DNA from: Hyaloraphidium curvatum SAG 235-1
Lineage: Eukaryota > Fungi > Monoblepharomycota
Assembly: GCA_025558095.1 (NCBI GenBank)
Contig: JAIVFI010000027.1
Coordinates: 544,177-608,176 of the forward strand
Direction: 5' to 3'
DNA: 64,000 nt
Position numbers and translations under genes: made by a program. How positions within the stretch are numbered: position 1 is the first letter of the stretch; each line of letters starts with the position of its first letter. Below the pieces are notes generated by a model. The model had not been told where the DNA came from. It searched no databases and saw only the letters and a program-made list of their open reading frames with translations. Positions 1-11,181 of this stretch are shown here, piece by piece.

Positions 1-859
1 GCGCAGCCACCCGCGCCCTCCAGCTCTCCAGGAGCTGGTCTTGGAGGCGCACCAGAAGCTCCAGCTTTGCTTGATACGAGTCCGGGGAGTCGAGGGAAGC
101 GAGGACGTCCGAGACCGCCAGAGCCAGGCGCGGCGTTGCAGCCGCAGGCTGATCTCGACGGCTTGCGGTACCGAGAAGGGTTGCGCTAGTATCGTGGCGA
201 GCGGGTAGAAGAGCACGACCATGGCGGCGTCCTCGGCGATGCCGACCACATCGCGGGGATCAGCATTCCCATTGTGCCCGGCAGCGCAGCGGTCGCTCGA
301 AGGGGAGATCCCCAGCATGTCTTCGCAGCGCCCGAGGAAGGACGACAGCGCGATTTGCATGGCATGATGCTGCAACCGCACTGCAAGATTAATGGATGCG
401 ACGTTGACTTCGATCCCACACCAGAAAAAAGGTGCGAAATTGGCCGTCGTGAGGCAGGGCGATCAGGAAGATCCCCCACGGCGCGGCGGCGAGCTGCGGG
501 CCGAAGTACACGAGCGGCGTCCATACGATCAGCACCTGCACCAGAGTGGTGACGACGGCGAGGGTGCCGCGGTACAAGACCTGGATCCAGGCGGCCCTGT
601 CGGGGAGGTTGCCGGCGCACGAAGGCAGGGGGCAAGGGCAGAGCGGGTCGTCGGGATCGTGCACAGTCAGAGGAGAGGGGGCGGACCCGCGTTCGCCGTC
701 CTCCTCTGAATGAGATGGAAGCAGCTGAGCCCAGCGCGCGAACCCTGACCAGGGGTGGAGATCAAGATTCGAAGAGTGCTCCTCGACCTCTTTGGGGCCT
801 CCCGCAGCCCCTATAATCAAAAGGGACGCAACGGCCCCAACAAGATAGCCGAACGCCAC
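1..859 (-). pseudogene. Fragmentary member of the multi-TM (gustatory-receptor-like/DUF3537-like) family, frameshifted
   Basis: ORF 389..859 has the family motifs FARWAQLL, HDPDDPLCPCPLPSCAG and WTPLVYFGPQL. The downstream part continues in another frame (AMVVLFYPLATILAQP), matching the paralog at 1400-2130. Confidence 0.55.
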
Positions 860-1399
860 GGCCGTCGTCGCTTTCGGGACACCGAATCAGACGTTGCTTT
901 GCTCTTGCGGGTACGGACTACGCACCGCCAAGCATCTGCCGCAGCCCGAACGCGGCCGCCCAGTCAAAGGCCCACATGCTGCCGAACAGGGCAAAGACGG
1001 CGGCTGTGTGAGCCGTCCCGCGCAGAAGGCCCTTTCGCGCCCACGGGTCTGTCAGCCGCTCGATGCGGAACACGGCGAGGGGGAGCGGGTGCCGCGCCAG
1101 GACGACGGCGAGCGCCGTTGCCGTCAACGGATCAGCTTCGCGGGCGGCGGCTGCGGGATCGGCTACGCGGCGCGCCGAGGGTGCCAGCGGGCGCGCCGTC
1201 TTTGCTTGGAAGGGGAGGATCGCGAGCCATTCCCGCGGGGCAAAGTCGCGGACCGGGGGGGCGATCGGCGCGAGTTCCGCGCCGAGGAGAGCGCCGTCCG
1301 CCATCGGAGTCACGCCGCGGCAAGGAGCGGCGCCTGCTGGCGCGAGGAGATCGCCGAGTGTCTCCCGGCCGAAACCAGCCCTTCTGAGAACGGTTCCTC

Positions 1400-2558
1400 C
1401 GCCGATTGCCCGCTGATACGGCGCCACCCGACTTTCAACGACCTCCGCGCCGCCGAGCCGCTGGACAAACGCCGGTTCCTCCGCGCTCTGGCGCCGTGGC
1501 CGTCGTTGAGGCGCCTGGTGGCCGTGCGTATCGCCGCGTTCCCCGCCGTGCGCGGGTCGTTGTCGGCGAGCTGCGTGCTAATCTGCACCGCGAACGCGGC
1601 CTGCGGGGCGTCCCTCTTCTACCTCAACGACGGCCGCTTCTCCACCGGCCGTGTGATCGGCGTCCTCGTTGCCCAGTGGACCTTCCTGCTGCTGACGATG
1701 GTGAGCGTCGTCCAGAGGGTGGACTCAGTCTACGACGGCTTCGCGCCGCTGGTCCTCGCCGGCGACGACAACACCTTCGCGGGCTTTGCGCGATGGAGCG
1801 AGCTGCTAGCTGCGGCCGACCGCAGCAAGGAGGGGGGCGCCCTGGTGGAACACGTGGCTGCGGATGGGCAATGCCCGTGCGCGCTACCCTCTTGCGCGGG
1901 GAACCTGCCCGGCAAAGCGACGAGGTTCGCCGTCGTCTCGCAAGGAATCATTTCCTTTGCCGGCGGGATGAATTGGGTTTTCTTGTGCTACACGGCGATC
2001 GTTACTTTCGGGCCGTCCCTGTGGACTTCCGCCTGGGCCGTCGCTGGCGCAGCCTACTGCGCAATGGTCGTGCTCTTCTACCCCCTATTCACGATGCAGG
2101 CACAGCCTGTGCTCCTCGCCCTCGAGCGCGGGCCGGCAAAGGGCATCCCGCTTGGCCTCGCGGTGGGCTTCAAGTCGCTCTTCACCAAGCCGTTCGCGGG
2201 CGCGCTGGACTGCGTGTACCAGCTCGCCAAGGGGTGCAAGCACGACATGCGGTACCTCTTTGCGCCGGCGTCGGAAAGGAGGAGGCGCGCGGCGGCGAAG
2301 GTGCCCGGGGGCGTCGGGGACGCGGCGGGCGAGGACGGCGCGGGGCTGACGCCCGAGGAGGAGGAAACCGTCGTGAGACGGTTTCTGGAGTTCAGGGACT
2401 CGGATACGTGGACGGTGGGCGAGGTCATCCGCGCCGAGGCGCAGGAGGAGGCGGAGGAGACGGCGGGATTCGAGGCCGGGAGGGAGGCCGGCAGAGCCGC
2501 GAGGAGCCTGGTCTGGGATGCCAAACTGGCGCAGAAGCAGTTCAAGAATGCAGCATAG
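1400..2558 (+). CDS. Chimeric ORF: N-terminal half of the multi-TM family fused to an unrelated tail resembling the VPS13/ATG2 C-terminal helix
   Basis: Family motifs LNDGRF, FARWSELL, CPCALPSCAG and YTAIVTFGPSLW run to about 2130, then KGIPLGLAVGFKSLFTKPFAGALDCVYQLAKG follows. The true start is uncertain; the ORF is open from 894. Confidence 0.5.
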
Positions 2559-2824
2559 CTAATTGTATCGTCCAGGGTCGATCACGCATCGCGAGATCCG
2601 CCAATCGAGGCCAACCTCTTAGGTGGCAAGACCGTGCAGTTGCCGCTCGTCTGCGTACGCTGGAACAGCGCACCCTAAAGCGAACGAGACCGCGCCATTA
2701 AGCAGGCGCAGGCCCCGGGCAACGCGCCCGATAGGAGATCCGCAAACTCCCACGTACCGTCGTCGCGTCGGCAGACCCGCGACCCGACAAGCAAACATCG
2801 GTTCGAGGGTTTCGTGCCAACTCG

Positions 2825-3955
2825 ATGGCATCCCAGCCCCTCCCCACGTCTGAGGCACCCCATTCCACCCCCCGAGAGGTCCTCTTCATCGGCACCGGCG
2901 GCACCCTTGCCTCCTTCGCCCCCTCTCCCCTCCAGCTCCACGACTACGAATCCTCCCTGCTCCCTTCGTCTGCGCTCGTCGCGCGCTTCACCTCGCTGTC
3001 CCTGCTCCCGGGCGTCGCGGTAGTGCCGATCGACGTGCCACCGCTGATTTCGGACGCGATTGGCCCGCGGGAATGGAGTTCCTTGTGCCGCAAACTGTCC
3101 GACGCGCGCGCGGGGCACCCCGACGCGGCGGGTATGGTCGTGGGGCACGGGACGGCGACGATGGAGGAAACCGCGTACCTCTTGGATCTCTTGGTGGACA
3201 ATGCCGGCTGGGGCACGGTGGTGCTGACGGGCGCGATGCTGCCGGCTTCGGCGGCGGGGGGCGACGCGGAGGGGAACATCCTTGCAGCGTGCACGGTGGC
3301 TGCCGACCCGCGATCCGAGGGCAGGGGGGTGTTGGTGGTCATGTACGGGGAGGTGCATGCCGCGCGGGACGTTTCGAAGACGTCGGCCGAGGGGAGGGGG
3401 GCGTTCAAGTCGCCCGGCAAGGGGCCTCTCGGCCTGGTCGACGCCAGGGGCGTCGATTACTTCCGACGAGCCGAGCCCAGGCCTTCCTTCGGATTCCTAC
3501 CAGCTCTGCTGGACAGCTGGCCGCGGGTCGACGTGAGCTACGCGTACGCGGGCTGCGACGGCACCGCCGTGCGCGCGTTCGTCGCCGCCGGGGCCAGGGG
3601 CATAGTGTCCGCGGGTTTCGCGCCGGGCGGCACGTCCCCCGCCGAGGAAGAAGCCCTGGACGAGGCTGCAAATGCGGGTGTTATCGTGGTGCAGTCCACA
3701 CGGACAGGCGGCGGACGGGTCGTCCCGACGAGGCGGATGGCAGAGCGAGGGTGGATCCCGGCGGGCGACCAGCCGCCATGCAAGGCGAGAGTGTTGTTGG
3801 CGATGGCGTTGGTGGCAGCAAAGTCGCACGACGAGGTATCGGGGATGTTCGCCACGGCAGGACGGGGACCGCGGATCGCGCGTGGCGACAATCCGGGCAG
3901 ACCGGCGGAGCAATGGGACGACGGCTTCCCCCGGAGCTCGGATGTCCCGCGATAG
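2825..3955 (+). CDS. L-asparaginase/glutaminase family enzyme, intronless
   Basis: Motifs FIGTGGTLAS, HGTATMEET (HGTDT variant), VLTGAM, SKT, PRVDVSYAYAG, GIVSAGFAPG and KARVLL. Confidence 0.93.
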   Translation: MASQPLPTSEAPHSTPREVLFIGTGGTLASFAPSPLQLHDYESSLLPSSALVARFTSLSLLPGVAVVPIDVPPLISDAIGPREWSSLCRKLSDARAGHPDAAGMVVGHGTATMEETAYLLDLLVDNAGWGTVVLTGAMLPASAAGGDAEGNILAACTVAADPRSEGRGVLVVMYGEVHAARDVSKTSAEGRGAFKSPGKGPLGLVDARGVDYFRRAEPRPSFGFLPALLDSWPRVDVSYAYAGCDGTAVRAFVAAGARGIVSAGFAPGGTSPAEEEALDEAANAGVIVVQSTRTGGGRVVPTRRMAERGWIPAGDQPPCKARVLLAMALVAAKSHDEVSGMFATAGRGPRIARGDNPGRPAEQWDDGFPRSSDVPR

Positions 3956-4631
3956 ACGACAGCAGAGCGCTCTCGTGCGCCCGCTCGAGACCAAATGAAT
4001 TTCATGCACGGCCGGTGCGCACTTGCGGCCGGGGAAGGCGGCGGGTGAGGGCGAACCGCGCGCTGGGTGCCAAGGTTTGGGTCTGGAATTCGATACGTGC
4101 GGGCGTGATGTCCGCCCGCGCGGAAGCCTTCGATTCGCCCCGCAAGGCCCGAAGTTGCACCGTCACCAGCCACGAACCTCTTGCTGCCGATCCTGCCGTC
4201 TCGTCCGCACGGGGCAGAGGTGATCCGGCCATTCGGTTGGTGAACAGACCGTGCGAGCTCGCCGGGACATTCGGCCGATGGCCGGCGGAGAGACCGCGGA
4301 GGCGTGGGCGGTTTTTCGCACGGGTGGAAACAATGGCGGCTGGGAAGGGACCACTTTGCCGCCGCGCCGACAAAATCGCATCCAGCGTCATGTGCGGTGC
4401 CTCCAGAGCGGCGACGAAGCTTGCGAGTCGAGGGTGCATGTGACTTGAGTGGCGGCGTACCACAGGTCAAGCAACTTCGCTGGCCGGATACGCATGGCAA
4501 TCGGGCCGCCGAGGCGGCATGCGGTGCGGCTCGTCAACCGCAAGGCCCTGAACCAATTGCGCCGCCATCAGCTTTCCGGGCCTCAACCGCCCCCGTCGCC
4601 CTCCCACGCCCGCCGAGCCAACACCGAGACA

Positions 4632-5321
4632 ATGAAGCCCGTCGCCTGCCTGATCGCATTCGTCCTGGCGGCGCTCGCCACGGCGTCGCCGGCCCTCGCG
4701 TGGGGACTGCGCCGCCGACGACCCTGCCCGCCGCGGCACTAATCCCTGTACCATCGCAGCGCCCCCGCCGCCGTGTCGTCCCCCGCGGGCAGTGACGTCG
4801 CCGTGGTGTTCAAGCGGAGCTGCGGGGAGTGCGCGGAGGACCTCTACTGGTATGTGGATCCTCCACGCCGCTCTCCCTCGTCCCCTCGTTGATGGACGAC
4901 CCTCCGACGGCAGCGAGTTCGCCTACCCCGGCGCCCCCGTCGAGCACGTCGCCTGCGTCTCCCACACGTCGCGCAAGGGGCTGTACCGCAGGGTGCGTTC
5001 ACCCTATGTTCACGCTGATCCGCAGCCCCACTCACGCCCGGGGACCCGCAGTACGCCGCCACCCTGTGCGACAACGACCTGAGCGCCACCAGGTGCGACG
5101 GCCAGGTACTCAGCTATGGTGTCCCCTCGTCGTACGACTTCTTCGGGAGCCAGTACGCCAGCCTCGACGCTTGTGAGGCGGCGTGCGTGGGAGCGGGCAA
5201 GACGAGCGACTCCTACATAGTGGGCCTGCCGTACTACTGCAAGTGCTTCACAGGGACGTGCACGCCGACGACGCAGTTCGCGTCCAACTATTTCGTCAGG
5301 CAGAAGGTCGATTGCAACTGA
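4632..5321 (+). CDS. Small secreted cysteine-rich protein, about 3 introns
   Basis: Signal peptide MKPVACLIAFVLAALATASP. GT..CTAA..CAG intron at about 4700-4759, with further GT-AG introns near 4850 and 4993. The last exon is Cys-rich (ASLDACEAACVG...YCKCFTGTC) and ends at TGA 5319-5321. Confidence 0.6.
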
Positions 5322-5627
5322 TCCTGGGCGGGTTCCGAGGTGCCGTGGGTACGGGTCCTAGCGACGGGTCGTTGCATGGCGATCTCAAGCGTACGTGCCG
5401 ACAAGTCCCGCAGGCGCGACGGATGGGGGCTATAGATGTGTTTTGGTCTCCGAGCGGCTATCACCAAGAGCGAATGCGCTCCAGGTCGCGCGCCGTTTTC
5501 CGCAAAGATCTTGATCCTGTTTGCTCGTGAGGATCGCCCACAACCTCCGTGGTCGGCATCCTGAGCATCGAACGTGCGGGCGGGCAGACGTAAACATGAC
5601 CACAAACACCGGCCCGTGGTGAACCCC

Positions 5628-7208
5628 ATGCGCCGCCTGAGGGGGCTGCTCGCGGCGATACTGGCAGGTGCCCCAATTATTGGAGCCGCAACGATCGTGC
5701 TGGGGCGGATGCGGGCGCCGGACGTCCCCCCGGGGGAGCCCGGCGGGGGGTCCGCCGGCCTGCCGATGCTGCGCGCGTGGGCGCCCCACCCGCCGTGCGT
5801 GCGGCCTATCGCGCTGGCGAACGTGTGCATAGGCGCGGCCGGCTCGGCATCGCGGCCGCGGACGGTGTTTCCGGCGGCCGGGTCGCCGCCGGCGTGGGCG
5901 GCCCCGGACGTACGCGCCGCGCTGGGCGGCCTGCGGAACCCGTCGTTCGCGCAGTTCTGCAGCGACCTGGGCGAGCACAACCCACTCGGCCTTTTCTTCG
6001 AGTTCGGCAGCCCGCCGCCGCCCGGCTCCTCCCCTCCGCCCGGGATCCTGCCGGCACTCGCCGTCGCCCAGGCCTCGGCGCTGCAGAACACGTTCCATGC
6101 GGTGCACGCCGCGATCGCACTGCACCGCACCGTGCGCAGCCATTTCCCCGAGGTGCGACTCCCCGCAGACCCCGCCGACCTGCGCGTGCATCTGCTGAAC
6201 CGCGCAGACCATTCCCTGCGGAACACCTGGTTCCGCCACATGAGCTTCCTATTTTCGGCCGTGGCCCGCGACCCCGGCAGGAACATCCTCGTCGACGAGG
6301 CTTCGCCGTTCAACAGGTCTGCGGGCATCGACCGGTACGTCCCGCCCGACGTGCCAGACGCCCCGGCCTGTTTCGCCCACTCCGTGTGGGGACTCTACCC
6401 GACCATGCGGCATCATAACCAATACTTTCCCTCCGACTTTGTCGCGTACCGCAACGCGATGCTGGTGGAGCACTACCGCGGGCTGGTCTTTGGCGAGGGA
6501 CCGTTCCCCGCGGAGCCATTCCCCGACGGCCGAGCCGTTCTGCACCCTTCCCTGCGCAGGCCCTTCCGCCCTCTCCCTGGACCCCCGCCCTCCCTCCCGT
6601 CAGGGACCGTTTTCGAACCGCCCCCCGGGTCCCCACTCTCCCCGCCCTTCCGATACCCGTGCCACCCGAGTCTGATACCCCTCACCCTCCTCCTCCGCAA
6701 CCCCCTCAACCCCGACCGCAACCTCACCAACCCGCACGACGCTCTGCGCTGGATCTCGGAGCTCAACCCGGCCCTTGAGCAGCGATACGGCGCCCGCGTC
6801 GTGCCCGCTCTTGCCTCGTTCGACCCCCCCTTCCCCCCGGACCGGCAGCTCCTCACCGCCTTCCGCTCGCGCATCTTCGCCGGTGTCCACGGCGCCGGCC
6901 TCTCCTGGGGCCTCTTCCTCCCGCCGGGCTCGGTGCTCCTCGAGATCACCGTGCCGTGGATGATGCGGCACCAGCTCCCCGGGTGGGAATTCGGCAAGCC
7001 GGTGGAGGGGTTCAGCGGCAACGGGAGCGAGGGGATGTGGTTCGCCCAGTTTGCCGCTGCGGTGGGGGCGGCGCATTACAGGACGAGGATGTACGCGGGG
7101 GCGGGCGGGAGCGTGACGCTGGAGAGGGCGGATTGGGAGGAGGCGGTGGACAAGGCGGTGGAGTACGTGGTGAGGGAGAGCAAGGGCACGTGTTCTCTGG
7201 ACCGTTGA
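5628..7208 (+). CDS. Glycosyltransferase family 61 (DUF563)-like type II membrane protein
   Basis: N-terminal TM anchor (LLAAILAGAPIIGAATIVL) and the GT61 signature AGVHGAGLSWGLFLPPGSVLLEI. Confidence 0.8.
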   Translation: MRRLRGLLAAILAGAPIIGAATIVLGRMRAPDVPPGEPGGGSAGLPMLRAWAPHPPCVRPIALANVCIGAAGSASRPRTVFPAAGSPPAWAAPDVRAALGGLRNPSFAQFCSDLGEHNPLGLFFEFGSPPPPGSSPPPGILPALAVAQASALQNTFHAVHAAIALHRTVRSHFPEVRLPADPADLRVHLLNRADHSLRNTWFRHMSFLFSAVARDPGRNILVDEASPFNRSAGIDRYVPPDVPDAPACFAHSVWGLYPTMRHHNQYFPSDFVAYRNAMLVEHYRGLVFGEGPFPAEPFPDGRAVLHPSLRRPFRPLPGPPPSLPSGTVFEPPPGSPLSPPFRYPCHPSLIPLTLLLRNPLNPDRNLTNPHDALRWISELNPALEQRYGARVVPALASFDPPFPPDRQLLTAFRSRIFAGVHGAGLSWGLFLPPGSVLLEITVPWMMRHQLPGWEFGKPVEGFSGNGSEGMWFAQFAAAVGAAHYRTRMYAGAGGSVTLERADWEEAVDKAVEYVVRESKGTCSLDR

Positions 7209-7875
7209 ACGTCACGGACTACATGCTCTTGGGGAGGGCTTTGTCGGCACAGCCTCCTCCCGGGACCGATGAGTGGGCGGTCGAACGACAATTCGAGCGC
7301 GAGCTGGAATCGGCCTGCGTCGTACCCGGGCACTCTTGGCTGTTGGTCAGACATGTGCCGGAGTGTGCTTGCCCCGGAGAGGTGCGATGCCCCGCCATCA
7401 CGCGACAACGCTGTTTGGCCTCCCTCCCCCCCCCCCGGATCACCGGCCCGCCGCACGCCCGCGCGCCCTCCCGCCCTCCGTTCCGCTCTCACTAGTTCAT
7501 TCTCCCCGCCCCGCGCGCGCGCGCCCGCCGCCCCGCCGCCTGTCGCCCTCCGTCGCCGCACCGGACTAAGCGCCCGTTGACTTCCGCACTCCGCGCGAAC
7601 CCACGGCGGGGACTGCGGGGCACGAGGAACCACACTCCAACCCGCTCCCTGCGTCCGCCACGCTCTCCCGGCCCGGACCCGCGGTCGGCGTGACGGATGC
7701 GCGAGCGGGACACCCGCGGGTTCTAGGTGGAGGCGCAACGAGTTGTGCGGGGTGGGAGCCGTGGGTGGGATACTGGCGAGGGACGGGGGTAGGACTGAAT
7801 CGAGTCAATATAGTCAACACCGTTCTGACTCCAACCGCCCCTCGATCCGCGTCCGCTCCGCTCTACGGAAACTTC

Positions 7876-9762
7876 TCATTCGTCCTGCTCCGTCTCGTCT
7901 CCCCCCAGCATCCCCTCCGCCGCTTCCGCCGCCTGCACCGCCGCGGGCAGCCCCAGCGGTGCCTGCGCGGCCTGCGCGGCCGCCTGCAGCCCGTGCAGCG
8001 CCTCCTGCAGCCCCTCCCCCCCTCCCAAATGCGGAAGCTCCAGCAGCTGCGCCACCAGCCCCACCAGTGCCTGCGTCGCGTTGCCGAGGGCCTGCACCGC
8101 CCCGCCGAGCGCGAGCACGCCCTCGGCGAGGCCGCCGTCGGACAGGTGCCATTCCTCGGGGAGATCGCCGGGCGGCGGGTCGGCGAGCGGCGGCCAGGGC
8201 TCGTCGTGGTCGTGGCGGACCGGGAGCCGGAGGACCTCGGCGGCCCCGCGGCGTTCCCGGCGGAAGGCGTCCCAGCGGTGGTCCCATGCGGCGAGCGCGA
8301 CGCGGGTGATGCGGGGGGTGGCGCGGAGCATGGCGCGGAGGTCGCGGCCGCGGAAGCGGGTGCCGGCGTGGAGGCCGAGGGAGGAGATGGTGGGGTGGGC
8401 GGAGAGGGCGACGAGGTCCGGGGCGAACAGCGTGGAGCCGGCGAGGTCTAGGCAGGCGAGGTCCGGGAGCTGGGCCAGGATGGGGGGCAGGAGGCCATCG
8501 GGGAGGGGGAGGCCGAGATAGAGAGAGGTGAGGGTGGGGGGCAGCGGCGGCACGTGGAACGGGACGAGCTGGCGGGGGGGCGCTGGGGGTCAGCACACCT
8601 GATCCGGACCGGGACGGAATAGACTACCCACCAACGGCTTGGTCCGGTGCAGACGGAGCTCAGTGAGCCTCGGGCACCGCACCAGCGCACGCCCTAGCGC
8701 GTTCGCGAGCTCTTCGTCCAGCGGAAAGTGCGTCACCGTCAGGCTCTCGAGCCGCGGCCCGCAGAGCGCCTCGAGGATCTCCTCGCGCGGCATCTCGGGC
8801 GCGTAGTCGTGTTGCACGATCATCACCAGCGAAAGGCTGCGCAGGCGGGCGGCGGCCTTGGCGACGGCGGCGCATGAGGCGGGCGTGACCCAGTCAGGCA
8901 CGCCGAGGGAGAGGTGGTCCAGCAGGGGGAGGCGGTCGATCAGCTTGGCGAGGTCCGACCCCGGGATCCGGCCGTCCAGTCGCAGGGACCGCAGCGAAGG
9001 GGGGGCGGCTGCCGCGAGCGCCTTGCCGAACCCCTGCTCGGGTACCAGCTGTGCCGGCACGCTGCCGTCGGGCAGGTGCAGCGCCTCGAGCTCGGGCCAC
9101 GACCGCAGGCCGCGGGCAAACACGGCGGCGGGCGGCAGCGCGGGGATTCGCACGCCCCTGAGGCCGGGCAGCGAGCGTGCGGCGACCCAGATTCGCTCCA
9201 GGTCCGGGTTGGCGCCCCACAGCGTGGCGGTCGACCTGACGGCCAGGAAGACGAGGAGGTGGGAGAGGTGCTGCATGTGCGGCAGGGCGACGGCCAGGCG
9301 GCGGGCGAGGATCGAGGCGCCCTCGGGCAGCTTGAGTGAGAGGCGACGCACCAAGCCGCCGTACGTGGCCCCCCTAGGCGACTCCAGAGCCCGCAGCACC
9401 ATCTCCCCGCGTTCCACCGTCCTCGCGTCTTCTTCAGAAATTGGCTCCGACAGGTTTTCCGCACTGTTCAGGGCGAGGTCCTCCAGCGCGAGATGGCCCC
9501 ACAGGCGTGCCGCGACGTGGCCAAACAGTGCGCTCGACGTCCGGAGCAGAGGCAGCAGCGCCGCACGACCGCCGCCGCACGAGCAGCCGCGCTCAGGGAA
9601 CCCGTCTGCTAAGGGGGCGCGGCCCGCGGCGCACGGCGGGGACAGGAAGTCGAGCACTCGCGAGAGGACTTCGGGAGGGAGGTCCGCCAGCCCGGGGCCA
9701 GCATCGGTCGGGGAGGCGCCCGATGCCCGCGAGCGGCGTTGGGCACGTTGTCCTCTGGCCAT
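7876..9762 (-). CDS. F-box / leucine-rich-repeat (RNI-like) protein, at least one intron near 8560-8620
   Basis: F-box-like LADLPPEVLSRVLDFL, and repeated LxxLxL units in ORF 8590..9762 that continue in ORF 7876..8553. Confidence 0.75.
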
Positions 9763-10016
9763 TTATGATACGGGAAAAGCGGGCGACGGCGGGAAATGGG
9801 GGTTGAGACGGAAGCAATGTGTGTTGTTTGCCGGGGCGAGCCCGCTGGCGGCGCGGCCGCCTACACCAAGCTCGGACCACCGGATTGACCTTCGTCCGAA
9901 AGGTCTTTGTCAATTAATCAAAGGTACGCCGAGGATACATGACGACGGATTCCATTAGGGCACCCCTACCCATCGTCAGCACAGCACCCCGGCCCCATTC
10001 GAGAAGCCTCCCAACG

Positions 10017-10800
10017 TCAAGCGGGAGGCGGACACACGCTTTGCAGGGTGAACACCACGCCTACTCCCCCGAGCACCCTCCACAGCGCCACCCCAAGAAT
10101 GACCAGCGTGACGACCAGCGAGACCACCAGCGTGACGACCAGCGTGACGACCAGCGTGACGACCAGCGTGACGACCAGCGTCTTGGCCAGTCACCACGTT
10201 ATCTGAACCCCCACGAAGGTCGCCCGCCACCCGCCGGCGCCAGAGAAGGTGGCCAGAAACGCGGCGTGCGCGTGGAGCTCGTCCTCGATCGCGTGGCGGG
10301 CGGGGATGCTGGTGGGGGCTCCTCGCAGCGTTAGAGCTTCGATCTGCGAATTGACCGAGGGCAGCACGGCGAGTCCACAACGAAAGCATCCACACACACG
10401 TAGAGCAGCACGGTCCCACATGCAGACGCAGCCGGTGGTGGCCAGGTTGGCGGCCAGGCCGACCAGACCGATGGCGGGAACGGGGAGGACGACAAGAGCG
10501 ATCCAGGTGTTGGCTGAGAATACACCGGCGCCTGTAAGATAGGTGGAGGGTGACGTAGAGCTCGGGGGCAGGGACGGGTTCCGCGACGGTGTCGGGCCCG
10601 CCGGGTCGGTGCGAGAGCCCTCGGTCGGGGCGGTTGCGGGCGCGGCGACTTTCCCGCGCTGCAGACGTCCGAATGAAGGGAATCCGATGGAGAAATTCTC
10701 CGGCAGCCCTACTTTTGCTAGCCCCATTCGGTCGGGCCGCGCTTTAGTCCCGCCCGAAAAAGCCGTCAGCACAGCCATCCGTTCGGAGCCGATCCCCCGC
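10017..10800 (-). pseudogene. C-terminal fragment of the multi-TM family (close paralog of 14549-16050) with a premature stop and a repeat expansion
   Basis: LVGLAANLATTGCVCMW, EDELHAHAAFLATFSGAGGWRATFVGVQITW*LAKT and FTLQSVCP closely match the 14549 copy. In-frame TGA at 10191-10193. Confidence 0.75.
10101..10181. repeat. 12-bp tandem repeat GACCAGCGTGAC, about 6.75 copies
   Basis: Read directly from the sequence; encodes (TLVV)n on the minus strand. Confidence 0.95.
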
Positions 10801-11181
10801 ACCGCGGAGGCCGAAATGAGGAGCGGATTGGGGTTAGCCGCGTGGAATCCGAAGCACGGACGCCCCTTGGAGGTCCAGTCGGCCGGCGCCTCCCGGAGGT
10901 TCGGATGGGGACGGCGATGGGGCCGACCCCAGATGACCCGCTTCCGCCGCTTTGCCGAAGGTCGGCTCTAATTGGAGTTGGAAGCTGCGGTTCCGGCGCA
11001 AGTGCCCATCGCACTGCAGGAAGCACCGTCTTCCGATCGTAAGCCGGACAGCCCGGCGCCGCTCCATGCACGCCAGTGCGTCCGATCCGTCGGGAAGTTT
11101 GCCGCACCCTTGGTTGAAGTCTTTCCGCCCCCGTCGATTCCCGCCTCCGGGTGGCGAATCGCCCCAACCCGCGACACAGCA

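Noticed and set aside
10101-10181. Possible CRISPR-like array
   Set aside because: The 12-bp units are contiguous with no spacers, there are no cas genes, and the context is eukaryotic.
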